From Candidatus Latescibacterota bacterium (GTDB taxonomy: Bacteria; Latescibacterota; UBA2968; SICM01), in NCBI GenBank assembly GCA_965217865.1, contig CBDCJO010000002.1, forward strand, positions 1,376,001-1,440,000: 64,000 bases of DNA. Reading direction: 5' to 3'. The translations under genes were made by a program, and so were the position numbers. Positions within the stretch are counted from its first letter, which is position 1. Each line of letters begins with the position of its first letter. Of the stretch, positions 53,233-63,949 are shown piece by piece. The notes beneath the pieces are model-generated. The model made no database searches. It was not told the origin of the DNA and saw only the letters and a program-made list of their open reading frames with translations.

Positions 53233-53850
53233 TTAGGTTTGATTAGGACTCATCATCATTCTTCCCAGAAGTTGGAATTAGGAAATCCTATTGAAATCGC
53301 CAAAAAGTTTGTGCCTGAGCTGAAACCCAAAGTTGACTTCCTCATAGCGCTCACGCATATCGGCGTTAAAAACGACACTTTGCTGGCAAAAGCCGTTCCC
53401 GAACTGGACCTGATTGTGGGGGGAGATTCCCACACACAATTAGACAGTCCATTGCGTTTTCCCCGGGCCGATGGCAAAGGTGAGGTGGCGATCGTACAGG
53501 CACGTCATTACTTTGAATTTCTGGGCCGGGTCGATATAAAACTTGATAAAACGGGGGATCATTACGCTGTTGCCAAAGTCGATGGCCAATTGATTCCGAT
53601 TGACGCGAAGATAAAACCAGATCCGGAAATCGAAGCCCTGCAAAAACGGTATGGGGATCCGCTCGACGAGGTAATCTGCAGAACGGAGGTTGATTTGCCC
53701 AATTCGGGAGGAAAATCTTCTCCGTTAGGGGATCTCGTGGCCAAGGCCGTTCACAATCAAACACGAGCTGACCTGGCCATCCTCTATGGCAATTCTAGTT
53801 TCCCCGGGCTTAAAGTCGGGGATATCAGGCTTTCGGATGTGAGCCCTTAG
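53233..53850 (+). pseudogene. 5'-nucleotidase, middle piece
   Basis: LIALTHIG, DLIVGGDSH and SPLGDLVAKAV; ends prematurely. Confidence 0.82.
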
Positions 53851-54675
53851 TTTCTCCTCGCTTCAAACATGCCCATTTCCTTTGGGATATAAACTTCACC
53901 TTTCAAGGCAATTTCTTCTTGGATCATCCTTAAAAATCCCTCCGGTTTCTCCTTCAAAAGGTCGGAACGCCCCGTGGATATGGCATAAGCAACAAGCGGT
54001 TCCGCTTCTGTAACTCTCAGGCCATCGGCGACGTAAAGTGACTTGTCCAAAATACTTAGATAGCCTCTCGGTGCCATTCTCAAGCCCGAATATATCCGAT
54101 CCTAAATTCTTTGTGTTGGAACCTGGATCGAACCTTTGTATCAGTCCTCGAGCCTCCTGCATATGAGTTCTGCCCGCCGTAGTAGCGTAGAAGTATCCTC
54201 CATATTTTAGAACTCGATAAATTTCAGAAAGCGCTTGTCCTAGTTCGGGTATGTGATGCAGAACTTGATTTGCTATGATCACATGAAAACTTTCATCTTC
54301 CAATGGTATAGAGCGAGAATCAATCACTCGGAATTTGAAGCGGTGATGAATTTCTGCAAGATTCCTTTTTGCTTCTTCCAGTATTCCAATGGAAAAGTCT
54401 GAAAGAGTAATGTCCCAACCTTCCGGAATGCGATCTTTGTTTTCGACCCAAAGTGCTCCCGTCCCACAACCCAAATCGAGAATACGACATTCAGAAGGAA
54501 GATTGAACTGATCAAATACCCAGAGTTTCCATTCATATTTATTTACACTAAAAAGCTTATGAATCTTACCCCGAGCTTTAAGATTCGAAGCATCTTTATA
54601 TTGGGATTCCAATAGATTATCAGAACTATTCGTGTTGGGCATAATATTCTTCCTCAAGTCAATCCGCGAAATCAT
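53847..54675 (-). pseudogene. Class I SAM methyltransferase with frameshift near 54030
   Basis: ILDLGCGTG, SDFS and YRVLKYGG; the C-terminus continues in ORF 53847..54083. Confidence 0.8.
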
Positions 54676-54703
54676 CCTTAGATTCTGTCATAATTTCAAT
54701 AAC

Positions 54704-54880
54704 TTAGAAAAGCTCGTCCAGGCCGTGAACCCGCGGAGTTCCTTGAAACCCGACGTCCTCCAAATGGCGCAACAGGGAGTGAATGGCGGCGGTCCATCGG
54801 TTGACGGGTCTCCGTATCGTATCGCCGATGCGGACGACGGCGTTTACACTGCCATTGTCGGAATGACCATCTTCCAGCAT
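54704..54880 (-). pseudogene. APH-family phosphotransferase N-terminal fragment
   Basis: Manual translation VNAVVRIGDTIRRPVNRWTAAIHSLLRHLEDVGF...PRVHGLD. Confidence 0.6.
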
Positions 54881-54931
54881 CGAGTACAGACTCCCAATAA
54901 TATTGATTAATGGGCTTATTCCAGGAATTCT

Positions 54932-55725
54932 CTACTTTGAGGGAATTGCCCCAGGTACAGTGGACTCACTCCGCCAGCCGATTACGGTGGCACTATCCCT
55001 CCCTTTATTTTTACGCATGTGCTCGAGTGCCCTTTCAATTGTCTGCATTAGTGAGTCAGAACCGAGTTTTCTTGATGAAAGAAATCATACACGCCCCTGC
55101 CGGTTTTGAATGGGCTTCTTTCATACTCTATAAGACCGTCTGTAATCATGAGAATCGTATTAGCGCCTTGGCGCAGTTCGCGATATCCTGATGAATAACA
55201 AGGCTCGTTAAGATCAAACGTGTTGGCTTGACCGACCCACTCGTAGAATTGCCGTTGGTTCAGTGCGAATTGCTCCAGTCCTGCAAGTTCAGGTGCCAAA
55301 ACGAATACCAGATTGTCTCCTATGGAAAACCATGACAGGCAATTTTCTCTTCTCGCACAGACCAAGCAAGCAGTTTCCCCTCGAACATCGCGGTATTTCT
55401 CTCTTATCTCAGGATTGGAGAAGAAGCTTACCAGCTGGTCGTTAAACTCCTTGAGAGGCTTCCCGTCGAGGCTGGAGGTGATAGATTCTGAATTCGCAAG
55501 CAGCAGGTCGATTGTAAGATCTGCACTTTGTGATCCGTTATGGCCGTCAAACAGGGCTGCGAACTCCCATGTTTCAGTGCTCCAAAGAAGAGCCGCGTCT
55601 TCGTTCTCTGTTTGGCCCGACTCCGAGCTCCCTCCAAAGCATCCCAAGATCATTTGTCCGCACTCGGTTACGGCGGGAGAGTCAATATGTGGTTCACGGC
55701 TTCCGGACCAGCTCAAATTTGGCAT
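54932..55725 (-). pseudogene. PP2C-family protein phosphatase with frameshift near 55075
   Basis: NEDAA, LFDGHNG, SIGD and ITDGL; the final GRDSAT motif lies in a shifted frame ending at 54932. Confidence 0.8.
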
Positions 55726-55850
55726 CGTGGATAGTCAGGACTATAAAAAGTAATGCCCGCTCCTCTCAAATATTGAGAGGACACAAGTGGCCAAGTAGTG
55801 CTTAACGGTTTTGCTGTTTTATTGTTCAACCCTCAGGATAAGTAGGTCTG

Positions 55851-58800
55851 TCACTCTCCTTTCCTGTTCGACGATTGGACTGCTTCAATATGTTCCGGAG
55901 AGGACCATAATGCAACCGACGGCACAGCAGCCCGGTGGCCTGCCTCTCTTAACATGCTGTTGTCCAGGCATCGCTGCCAAATGAAGTCCGGCATAAGTCT
56001 GATGTAATCACGAGCGAATGTGTCCGGTTCATCCACGATTTGCAGATAATCAACAATCGTGTAGAAAAAATGTGGCCCAGTATCCCCCGAGCTGTCCCTC
56101 GGCCGGTGTGGAAGGTTCCCACTGTTGAGCGGACTGCCAGAAGCCATCTTCTTAATCATCCGGCGGACGGCAGCTATGGTTTCCCCGGCTCGTTCTTCCA
56201 GGCCTGAGGCGCGCTCCGCCTCCGCACAAGACTCTAATCCGCCCGCTATATACTTCTGGGATAGGCCAGGCATTTCATGGCTGACCTCGTGCCAGTATTC
56301 GTCTTGGTGTGTAGCAAGGACGGCCAGAATGCGGTCCCGGCAGGCCTCAACGGCTGAGAACAACTCTGCAGGAGGCTTCTGCCCAGCGTTAAAGACAGGA
56401 TAGGCTGCACAGTACCATCCGAGGCCCTCCAGGACTCTGCCGTCATATCCCACCCAGCCAACCGCTCGTCCATTTCGAGTGCCGGGCTTAAAATGAATCC
56501 GGTGCAGGTGCAAACCCTTATCAGGGTTCGGGTCCCAGCCGCGCCGGAGTATCCACAGAGCCGGTCGGCGACAGCGTTGGAAGAGTTCTCTCGCATATTT
56601 GGGGTCGTTCTGGCGGAAGTACAGGGCAGCCCTGGGCCAGCGCATCTTCTTCGAGCAGAGCCCAGTTCCGGCTCTCTCCTCCGCCGATCGGTGGTCCTAT
56701 TACCCGTACCTCATCGAGAACAAACGCTTTCTTACCTTCTGGGTCACTGAGGAATCGAATGCGAAGCAGCTTAGCCGTAAGCTGCTCTTTTGGGAGATCA
56801 CTACTATCCAGCTTAAGGATGACCTGCTTGTTGTCAACGACCTGATGAAGTGTCATCCATACCTTTCCGTCAACAGAAGATTCCACATCAAACATGGGAA
56901 CCTGAAACTCTTCCCCCCCAAAACCTATTACGACGGTATCCACTTTAATGGCTTTTGGAAGATCCACTGTCCAGATGGGTCGTTGCTCTGGCAGGTATGA
57001 GCCCCATCGGCTGAGTGGTCCAGGGCCTATCTCCCCATCGATAGGTCCGTCAGGATCATAAGACGGCCCGATGCGCCATGGTCCGGGGTCGGTCCAGATG
57101 CCTGCACCACCGCAGCGCGCCATGTAGAAGTTGAAGCAGCCGTCAAGCATCCACTTCAGCAAGTACTCGGCGAACTGGGCGCGAACCGAATCCCCGATGG
57201 CACGATAAGCTCTCGCCATGTAGAGCAGACCCAGTCCACCGTCCCAGTGCGTACCAGGATTGACGCCACGCTTTATACAGAACTGTTCAGCAAACTGTGG
57301 AAACGTCGATTGGTCGAGTGGGTCGAAGGTTGGCGGGATTTGGCTGTTGCTGATGTGAAAAAAGCCCCCTGCCTCCAAGTCCCGGGCAAAGAGATTCTGG
57401 GCCAGGGCCATGCTGGCCAGGACGTGCTGTGGACTCTCCTCCGGTTTCATGACATAAAGGACCGAAGAGCCTACGCGACCGTCACAAAGCGACCGATTCT
57501 TACGGACCAGATCGATCAACACGTGGTAAGCCCCAGGAGGTAAATGACGGTCGCTCTGGTCAAGCGTGATGTTGAACGTGTGCTTGCCGCCACTTAGCAG
57601 CCTGTTGAAAAAGTGCGTTTATGCCAAGATGACTGTTGTCTTTCCTTGTGGTTTGGTCCTATGATATATCAGGTTCAAACTGAGAAGGGAGGACGAGCAA
57701 ATGGCAATGGGAAAACGAGGACGACAGAGACAGGAAAACCTGTTCATCGCATCGAACACTTTGGTGAAATCTCCGGGTCATCCGTTCTACGAGAAGCTGA
57801 ATCAGGTATTGGGGGCGAACGGCTTCGACGAGTTCGTCGAGGGGCTTTGCCAGCGGTATTACGCTCCTCATATGGGTCGCAAGGGCATTCCCGCCCGGGG
57901 TTTATTTTCGGATGCTTTTGATTGGGTATTTCGAGGGACTTGATTCGGAACGTGGGATCGAATGGCGTGTATCTGACTCGCTGACGTTGCGCCGGTTTTT
58001 GGGGTATGCCCTTGACGAACAGACCCCGGATCATTCCAGCCTGTCTCGCATCCGGCATCGGCTTCCCTTGGAAGTTCACGAAGCGGTTTTCAAGTGGATC
58101 CTGAGGGTCTTGTGCAAAGCGGGTCTGGTGAAGGGGAAGACGTTGGGCGTGGATGCTACGACACTGGAGGCCAACGCCGCGATGCGCAGCATTGTACGCC
58201 GTGACACGGGTGAAGGCTACCAGGCATTCCTTGAGAATCTGGCCAAGGCCTCGGGCATTGAAACGCCTACCCGCGAGGACTTGTCCAAGATCGATAAGAA
58301 GCGACCGAAGAAGGGATCGAACCAGGACTGGGAGCACCCGCACGACCCGGATGCCAAGATCGCTAAGATGAAGGACGGTCGCACGCACATGGCGCACAAG
58401 GTGGAGCACGCGGTGGATCTGGACACCAATGCCATTGTGGCAGTGGCGTTGTCGGGAGCAGATGAAGGAGATACCGAGTCGTTGCCCTGGACGCTGCTCG
58501 AGGCGCAGCTCAATCTCAAGCAGGTCGCGAAGGACGAAAAAGCTGCCAAACGTTTGCACAGACAGCGTATACGGGAGGTGGTTGCGGACAAAGGATATCA
58601 TAGCAACGATGTATTGACCAGTCTGAAGCAAGGCGGCATCCGGAGTTACATTTCAGAACCGGATCGGGGACGCCGCAAGTGGAACGGCCGACGAGATGAG
58701 CAGGCCGCGGTATATGCGAATCGACGCCGGATCAAGGGAGATCGCGGCAAGGCCTTGCGCCGAAGTCGTGCAGAACGGGTGGAAAGAACCATCGCTCACA

Positions 58801-59445
58801 CATATGATACCGGTGGCATGCGCAGGTTGCACTTGAGAGACCGCGGCAATATCCTCAAGCGTTTGCTGATCCACATCGGGGGCTGCAACCTGGCTCTGCT
58901 CATGCGCAAAGTGATGGGCGTAGGTACTCCGAAGGCCCTCCAGGACCTGGCCAAGGCCTTGCAGCGTCTACTGCTCGTCCTACAATCACGTTTGCTGCCC
59001 TCGGTCACCTTTTTAACCTCTTATCAGCGTCTCCTGCTCAATCTCCTTACCTTGATTTATCTGACCCGCACTCCAGGCGTCTTTTCCGTCTATGTGCGTT
59101 GAAAGGTAGTTCTTCAACGGGCTGTTAGGACAGACTTTCCGGCCATCCGGACTATGACGAATTCCCTGGGAGTAGAATTCCCTCCAATGGAGAACAAGTC
59201 GCGAAAATGGATGACCACTTGGTCGTCCGGCTGGATGGTCTCTCCGCCAAAACACTCGGGGTTAACTGCATCGACAGTGCATATTGTTGTGACTCAACAC
59301 ACGAGTAAGGGAGGATACCAGTGGTAGGAAGGTAAGCAGAAAGTTGAACATAATCCGCAGCTGAGGTTTCTTCCGGGAACAACAACATCAAGAGGATTAC
59401 CTGCGATGCGAGAAACCTTCTGGAAGGGGATATAATAACCGGCAT
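55851..59445 (-). pseudogene. Large secreted protein with discoidin/F5-8-like domain, split by an IS and two frameshifts
   Basis: Signal-peptide-like start at 59445; the frame reads through the IS site (KSVL|SGGKHTF...VLIDLVRK); WTVDL...FDVESSVDGKVW...LRIRF. Confidence 0.6.
57598..59124 (+). mobile_element. IS1182-like element, copy 5 (transposase has a +1 frameshift near 57890)
   Basis: Both TIRs present; TSD TTAG; CATTCCCGCCC versus CATTCCGCCC in the other copies. Confidence 0.93.
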
Positions 59446-59755
59446 GCCAACCTCCGAGAGTATGAGGGATTTCTACATTGCCATGAGAACACGCCATGAC
59501 GTCTAACGCGAGAGTCGCCGATGCGGCATCAGTTAATAAGATAAGCGTAAATCTTACAACCAGAAGAGAAATCACCCCGTCCATGTTTGGGCAGGGTGAT
59601 TTTCTGGGAGGCTCGGCAACTCGATATTACACGGATTGTAGGGGGATCCGCCTCCATGAGTAGTGGAATTCAAGGCAGCAGTAAAACACGCGCTATCATT
59701 TTGTCTTGGTTTTCGTTCGTGTTGAGTGCTATCAGCATCTCTCGCGGACCATATC

Positions 59756-60546
59756 TTACCGCCCTTCCAAGTTCCTTGTGCACCTGTCATAGACGTACTC
59801 AGGATCTAGAGCGACTCCACAGTCCCACTCGATTGTGTCGCCGGAGACATGGACAGTCTTGAAGTCTTCGTACGCCGCGATCTCCTGGAACGGTCTCGAC
59901 CCGAGATGAGGCTTCATGTTCAGAACGCCTTCCTCTCCACTGTCAAAGGTGACGATGAGCGTACAGTCTTCGCGTGAAACAACCTCAATAACTGATGAGT
60001 ATGTTTCGGAAGTTGGTGAACGCTCCTCCTTGTACATTTGAAAAGCCTTCCATCCTGCTAATCTTAGTATTCGATAAACAAAGTCAGCCTTTCGATCGCT
60101 TTGCGTCGCAGAAGGATATTTGAAAAACTCCTCCTTGAGTTTCGTATACTCATCTCGAGCTTCTCGATTAGATCGTAGATAATCGCGGAACATGATCTGT
60201 CGTGGCCAAAAACCTCCACGGTCAGCATAGGCAATCGATAAGTGGAACTCGATAGGATCACCCTTTGTATAGAAATGCCTCTCGCCGCTGGATGATTTGG
60301 GACGGAAGTTGTATCCTATCTGAGCAAGGGGATCGGTGAAGCCATCAGCCTCTTTGTGACTTCAATCATCACCGCAATGTCGATAATCGGCTTTGATAAC
60401 AGACCTTCTATAGACGTACTGCCGATATGTTCAATCTCTATGGCTGCATCACCGAGAACCGCCCTGACCTTCCCTTTTTCGACATTAAAGTCTTCCTGCC
60501 AGATTGGCTGGTACCGCGATAGGTCAAGGGTCTGTTCCTTACGCAT
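59756..60546 (-). pseudogene. GrpB-family protein fused to a DUF2442-like domain, frameshifted
   Basis: IEHIGSTSIEGLLSKPIIDI, FRDYLR...YTKLK, then TLIVTFDSGEEG...DTIEWDCGVALDPE. Confidence 0.72.
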
Positions 60547-60570
60547 CTTCCCTCCAAAGAACAACATGGC

Positions 60571-60635
60571 TCTTAACGGTTTTGGCACATAGATGAAAAA
60601 ATCTATGAACCCCTCATGTGCCGGTACTTTAAGCC
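60571..60635 (-). other. attC-like site
   Basis: On the - strand GCTTAAAG-tacc-GGCACAT...ATGTGCC-aaaacc-GTTAAGA between the MBL gene stop and the GrpB start. Confidence 0.55.
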
Positions 60636-60655
60636 CGAAGAAAAATGGGGTTCAC

Positions 60656-61357
60656 TCACTTTCTTGTCTCTTTCGATCTCTTCATCTGATCCCAAATCTT
60701 CTCCCGGTCCAGGAATCTTTGAATAGCCTTCTTTGGGTCCTCCAGGATCGGGGTCCCGTGTGCAAAACACACTGCTTCGAAAGGATATTCAAGAAGATTG
60801 ATGAGGGATGACCTCCCAATATCCGCATTTGGAACATAATCTACGTTATACACGGAGACCTCACCGTCCGGGACCCCAATATCAGCTCGTCCTCCACATA
60901 GTGCATCACCAAGTATCAAAATTCCGCCCTCTCCTCCTACAAGAAAACCGGTCTCCTCCACCCAGGACATACCCGGAACGTGAATTGTTTCAATAGTACC
61001 CCATAAGCTCTGACCGCTTTGAAAGGTGTAGTCCACTTCAAAATCCACATCCGGAATCCCCAGGCTGTTCAGGTGAACCTGACAGCCCCAGTGGGCACGG
61101 CACCACTGAGATTCTCTAAAGTGCCAATTACAGGTCAATATACTATCTGTTGGCGTCCCCAGCGCTTCAATCCCATGGATCACTTGTTCTGACAGAGGAA
61201 GCGGATCTACCAGGATGATGCGGTTTTCCAGTTGGATAGCATAGCTGTTCCATAAGTATTCCCGATCCCCCGTCCCGTGCACCTCTGGCCAGGTATAGAC
61301 GCCGGAATACAGATGTCTTAGCATGTCATTGTCCTTTATCCCATTCGGATCTACCAA
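60656..61357 (-). CDS. MBL-fold metallo-hydrolase-like protein
   Basis: LVDP, ILTCNWHFR, ILGDAL and CFAHG motifs. Confidence 0.8.
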   Translation of the reverse strand: MVDPNGIKDNDMLRHLYSGVYTWPEVHGTGDREYLWNSYAIQLENRIILVDPLPLSEQVIHGIEALGTPTDSILTCNWHFRESQWCRAHWGCQVHLNSLGIPDVDFEVDYTFQSGQSLWGTIETIHVPGMSWVEETGFLVGGEGGILILGDALCGGRADIGVPDGEVSVYNVDYVPNADIGRSSLINLLEYPFEAVCFAHGTPILEDPKKAIQRFLDREKIWDQMKRSKETRK

Positions 61358-61594
61358 TTCATTCGGGTCGTTCTATCTTCTCGAGGTGGTTTTTAAGAGT
61401 GTTGTATGGCTGCTTAAGGAGGTCAAACCATTTTTTCTATATTCTGATCCTAAGCGTAATATATATGAATTATATATGCTTATCTTTCAACTAAAGAAAA
61501 ATCATTTCAAAAGGCAACTTTCAGAAGCTGTTTTGGATCTTTTATTTAGTTACATAGATCTCCGCTTCTGTTTCATTTAACATTGGTAGAATCT

Positions 61595-62980
61595 ATGAAC
61601 CAAAAAACCGACAAACAGCTTGTTCAAGAGACTCTGAACGGCGATTTCGATAGCTTTGATCGCCTTGTGGAAAAGTATCAGGGCATGATGTGCGGGTTAG
61701 CGTACAATTGGACGCGAAACCTTGCAGATGCTCAGGATATAACACAGGAGACTTTCCTCCGAGCCTATGAAAAATTGGATCAACTAAGAGATCCGGACAA
61801 ATTCTCTGGCTGGCTCCACAGAATCGCCACCAATGCCTGTCGCAAATGGCAAAGAGGCCTCTCTGAGCAGATCCTATCCATTGATGCTCCTGAAAATCAG
61901 AGATTACGTAACGAACTCCCATATGGTAGTATGCCAGAAGATAGGCTCGAAGCTGAGGAGAAGCGCCAAGCCTTTGAGAACATTCTAAATCGGCTGTCGG
62001 ATAAGGTTCGTTTGGCTACGACTCTCTTTTACATAGACGATCTTTCCTATCGCGAGATCAGTAATTTCCTTGGAGTGTCAATTCCCACCGTAAAAAGCCG
62101 GCTCCACAAGGCTAGAAAACAGTTAGTGAAGGAGGCAGTTCCGATGATTGAAGACACCTTGCGCCAACGGAAATACAAACTCAAATTCCAGAATCTACAG
62201 ATGATCAATGATGATTTCTTCAAAGAAGCTATTCAAAACTACGTTGCGGAGTACTATGCCCATTTCAGAAAAAGGCTGGTTTCGGTTTATGTTTGGGGAA
62301 GTGTTCACAGAAACGAAGCCGTCCCCGGAGTTTCCGACCTTCAATTACATCCTTTCATTAGAGATTCTCGTAATGAATCTGATTGGCGCTGGTTAAAGGA
62401 AACTCAAGAAAGGCTGGCTCAGGGGGAGTCTCCAAGAGTCGACAGCCTTTGTCCTCCGAATACGATAGATCAGATTTTACAGGGAACACAATCGGATGCT
62501 GACAGAAATTCGTCGTTGCGGTCAGAAGCATTTGGTTTTCGGTTACGTTATGACGCCACCCTTGTCTGGGGTTGCGATCTCATAGATGAGTTAGACATAC
62601 CAATTCCAACTCCCAATAAAGAATGGGCACACGGCTATTTCCAATCAGTTTGGGAGCTTGCTCGGTATGCATCAGGATCAGAGAAAGAGAATAGAACAGA
62701 CTTTTCGCTGCCTGGTGAACCTCCATTGCGACTACGCAAGCTGGCTCGACTTGGAGTATTTGGCGGGGCGTGCCTCTTAATGGCAAAAGGGGAGTTTCGT
62801 TCATTCAAAGGTTTAGAGGTCATACCGGTCTTAGAGAAGTCCTTAGCAAACTGGACAGCCTTTCTTGATAGGACCCGCGAGCTCTACATCAGTCTGAGCG
62901 GAGACTCGGAGGATGAAGGTTCTGGATATCTATCCCAACTTTCGACGTGGATGGATTGGATTGGGGAACAACTGGAATAG
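61595..62980 (+). CDS. ECF sigma-70 factor fused to a nucleotidyltransferase-like domain
   Basis: Region 2 DAQDITQETFLRAY...FSGWLHRIATN; region 4 LSYREIS...TVKSRLHKARKQL; then SVYVWGSVHRNEAVPGVSDLQL. Confidence 0.88.
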   Translation: MNQKTDKQLVQETLNGDFDSFDRLVEKYQGMMCGLAYNWTRNLADAQDITQETFLRAYEKLDQLRDPDKFSGWLHRIATNACRKWQRGLSEQILSIDAPENQRLRNELPYGSMPEDRLEAEEKRQAFENILNRLSDKVRLATTLFYIDDLSYREISNFLGVSIPTVKSRLHKARKQLVKEAVPMIEDTLRQRKYKLKFQNLQMINDDFFKEAIQNYVAEYYAHFRKRLVSVYVWGSVHRNEAVPGVSDLQLHPFIRDSRNESDWRWLKETQERLAQGESPRVDSLCPPNTIDQILQGTQSDADRNSSLRSEAFGFRLRYDATLVWGCDLIDELDIPIPTPNKEWAHGYFQSVWELARYASGSEKENRTDFSLPGEPPLRLRKLARLGVFGGACLLMAKGEFRSFKGLEVIPVLEKSLANWTAFLDRTRELYISLSGDSEDEGSGYLSQLSTWMDWIGEQLE

Positions 62981-63057
62981 ACAACGAGGTCTCAAACGAA
63001 ATATTCGCTTTATGTCAGAAGGAAATACTCTTACGTCCGAACCCGACATCCGCATTC

Positions 63058-63306
63058 TCACCTCACATCATACCTTAATATCGCCACATAAGCTCCGACA
63101 AACCCCAGAACGGCCAGAATTATAAGGTTCAGGATACGAAAGGCGTTTCTCGACAGGCATTCTCCCACGATTTTAAGCAAGCTTGCAATGAGCTCTTCGA
63201 CAAGCTCAGGATGGGCTCCGACAAAGAATCTCGGATTGGAATATCCAAGAGATTTGTCGATGTTGGGGGGTGTTCTGAACACACTCAAGAGATTCTTACG
63301 CATCAT
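63058..63306 (-). CDS. Hypothetical protein with C-terminal TM helix (possibly decayed)
   Basis: Start overlaps the stop of the deiodinase-like gene. Confidence 0.35.
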   Translation of the reverse strand: MMRKNLLSVFRTPPNIDKSLGYSNPRFFVGAHPELVEELIASLLKIVGECLSRNAFRILNLIILAVLGFVGAYVAILRYDVR

Positions 63307-63949
63307 TCAATAATTCCACGAGCGACTCCCGGGCCTCCGTTGGATTATAATCATAAGGTCCATATCCGCCTCGATAATACACTTTCCCCCCTTTGTCGAT
63401 AATGTAAATCCGCTCCGGCCATGACGCAAAGACTTCAGAGGCAAGATTGTCCATGCTGTCTACCAATGTCGGAATACGCAGCTCAAGTTCTTGGGCACAT
63501 AACTGAGCCGCTGCCAACCGCTGAACAAACTTGCTGTGTTGCTTAAGCCGGATACCCGCCTGTTCATTGGAGCTGATTTGCCATTCATCAACTGCGTGGG
63601 CTTCTGCAATGTAAATAACGTAAAACAGGGCTTGATCCTTGAACTGATCGTGCATTTCCTGGAGGTCGCCAACCTGGCGACGAAATGGTGGTCATGTGTA
63701 GCTGCCAAAGAACAAAACAAGCGGTTGATTTTGGGTCAGAATGTCGAGATTTTGCACTTGCCTGGTTTCAAGGGAAGTTAACTTTAGATGAGGTATTGGA
63801 TCGCCGACATCGAGCTTGTTGGGGGTTCGATACGTTGTGATACTGCAAAACATCGCTTCCCGTTGAACGGGGTCGGTTTGGGCATTTACCCCTTCGAGAT
63901 CCTGCCGGCAGACAAATTGACTTTCGTCCAGTTGATCAATGTCCGACAT
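63296..63949 (-). CDS. Iodothyronine deiodinase-like selenoprotein (217 aa, Sec at UGA 63692..63694)
   Basis: ORFs 63692..63949 and 63296..63655 are in the same frame, giving PLVLFFGSYT-U-PPFRRQ...FYVIYIAEAHAVDEW...LVDSMDN...WPERIYII. Confidence 0.88.
63653..63687 (-). promoter_or_regulatory. Bacterial SECIS-like hairpin
   Basis: After the UGA: CATTTC-GTCGCCA-GGT-TGGCGAC-ctccag-GAAATG, a perfect 7-bp upper stem with G-containing loop starting 11 nt after the UGA. Confidence 0.75.

Noticed and set aside
59294-59296. In-frame TGA after ...LLVC as a second possible Sec codon
   Set aside because: No SECIS-like hairpin or redox motif; better explained by a frameshift from the signal-peptide frame starting at 59445.
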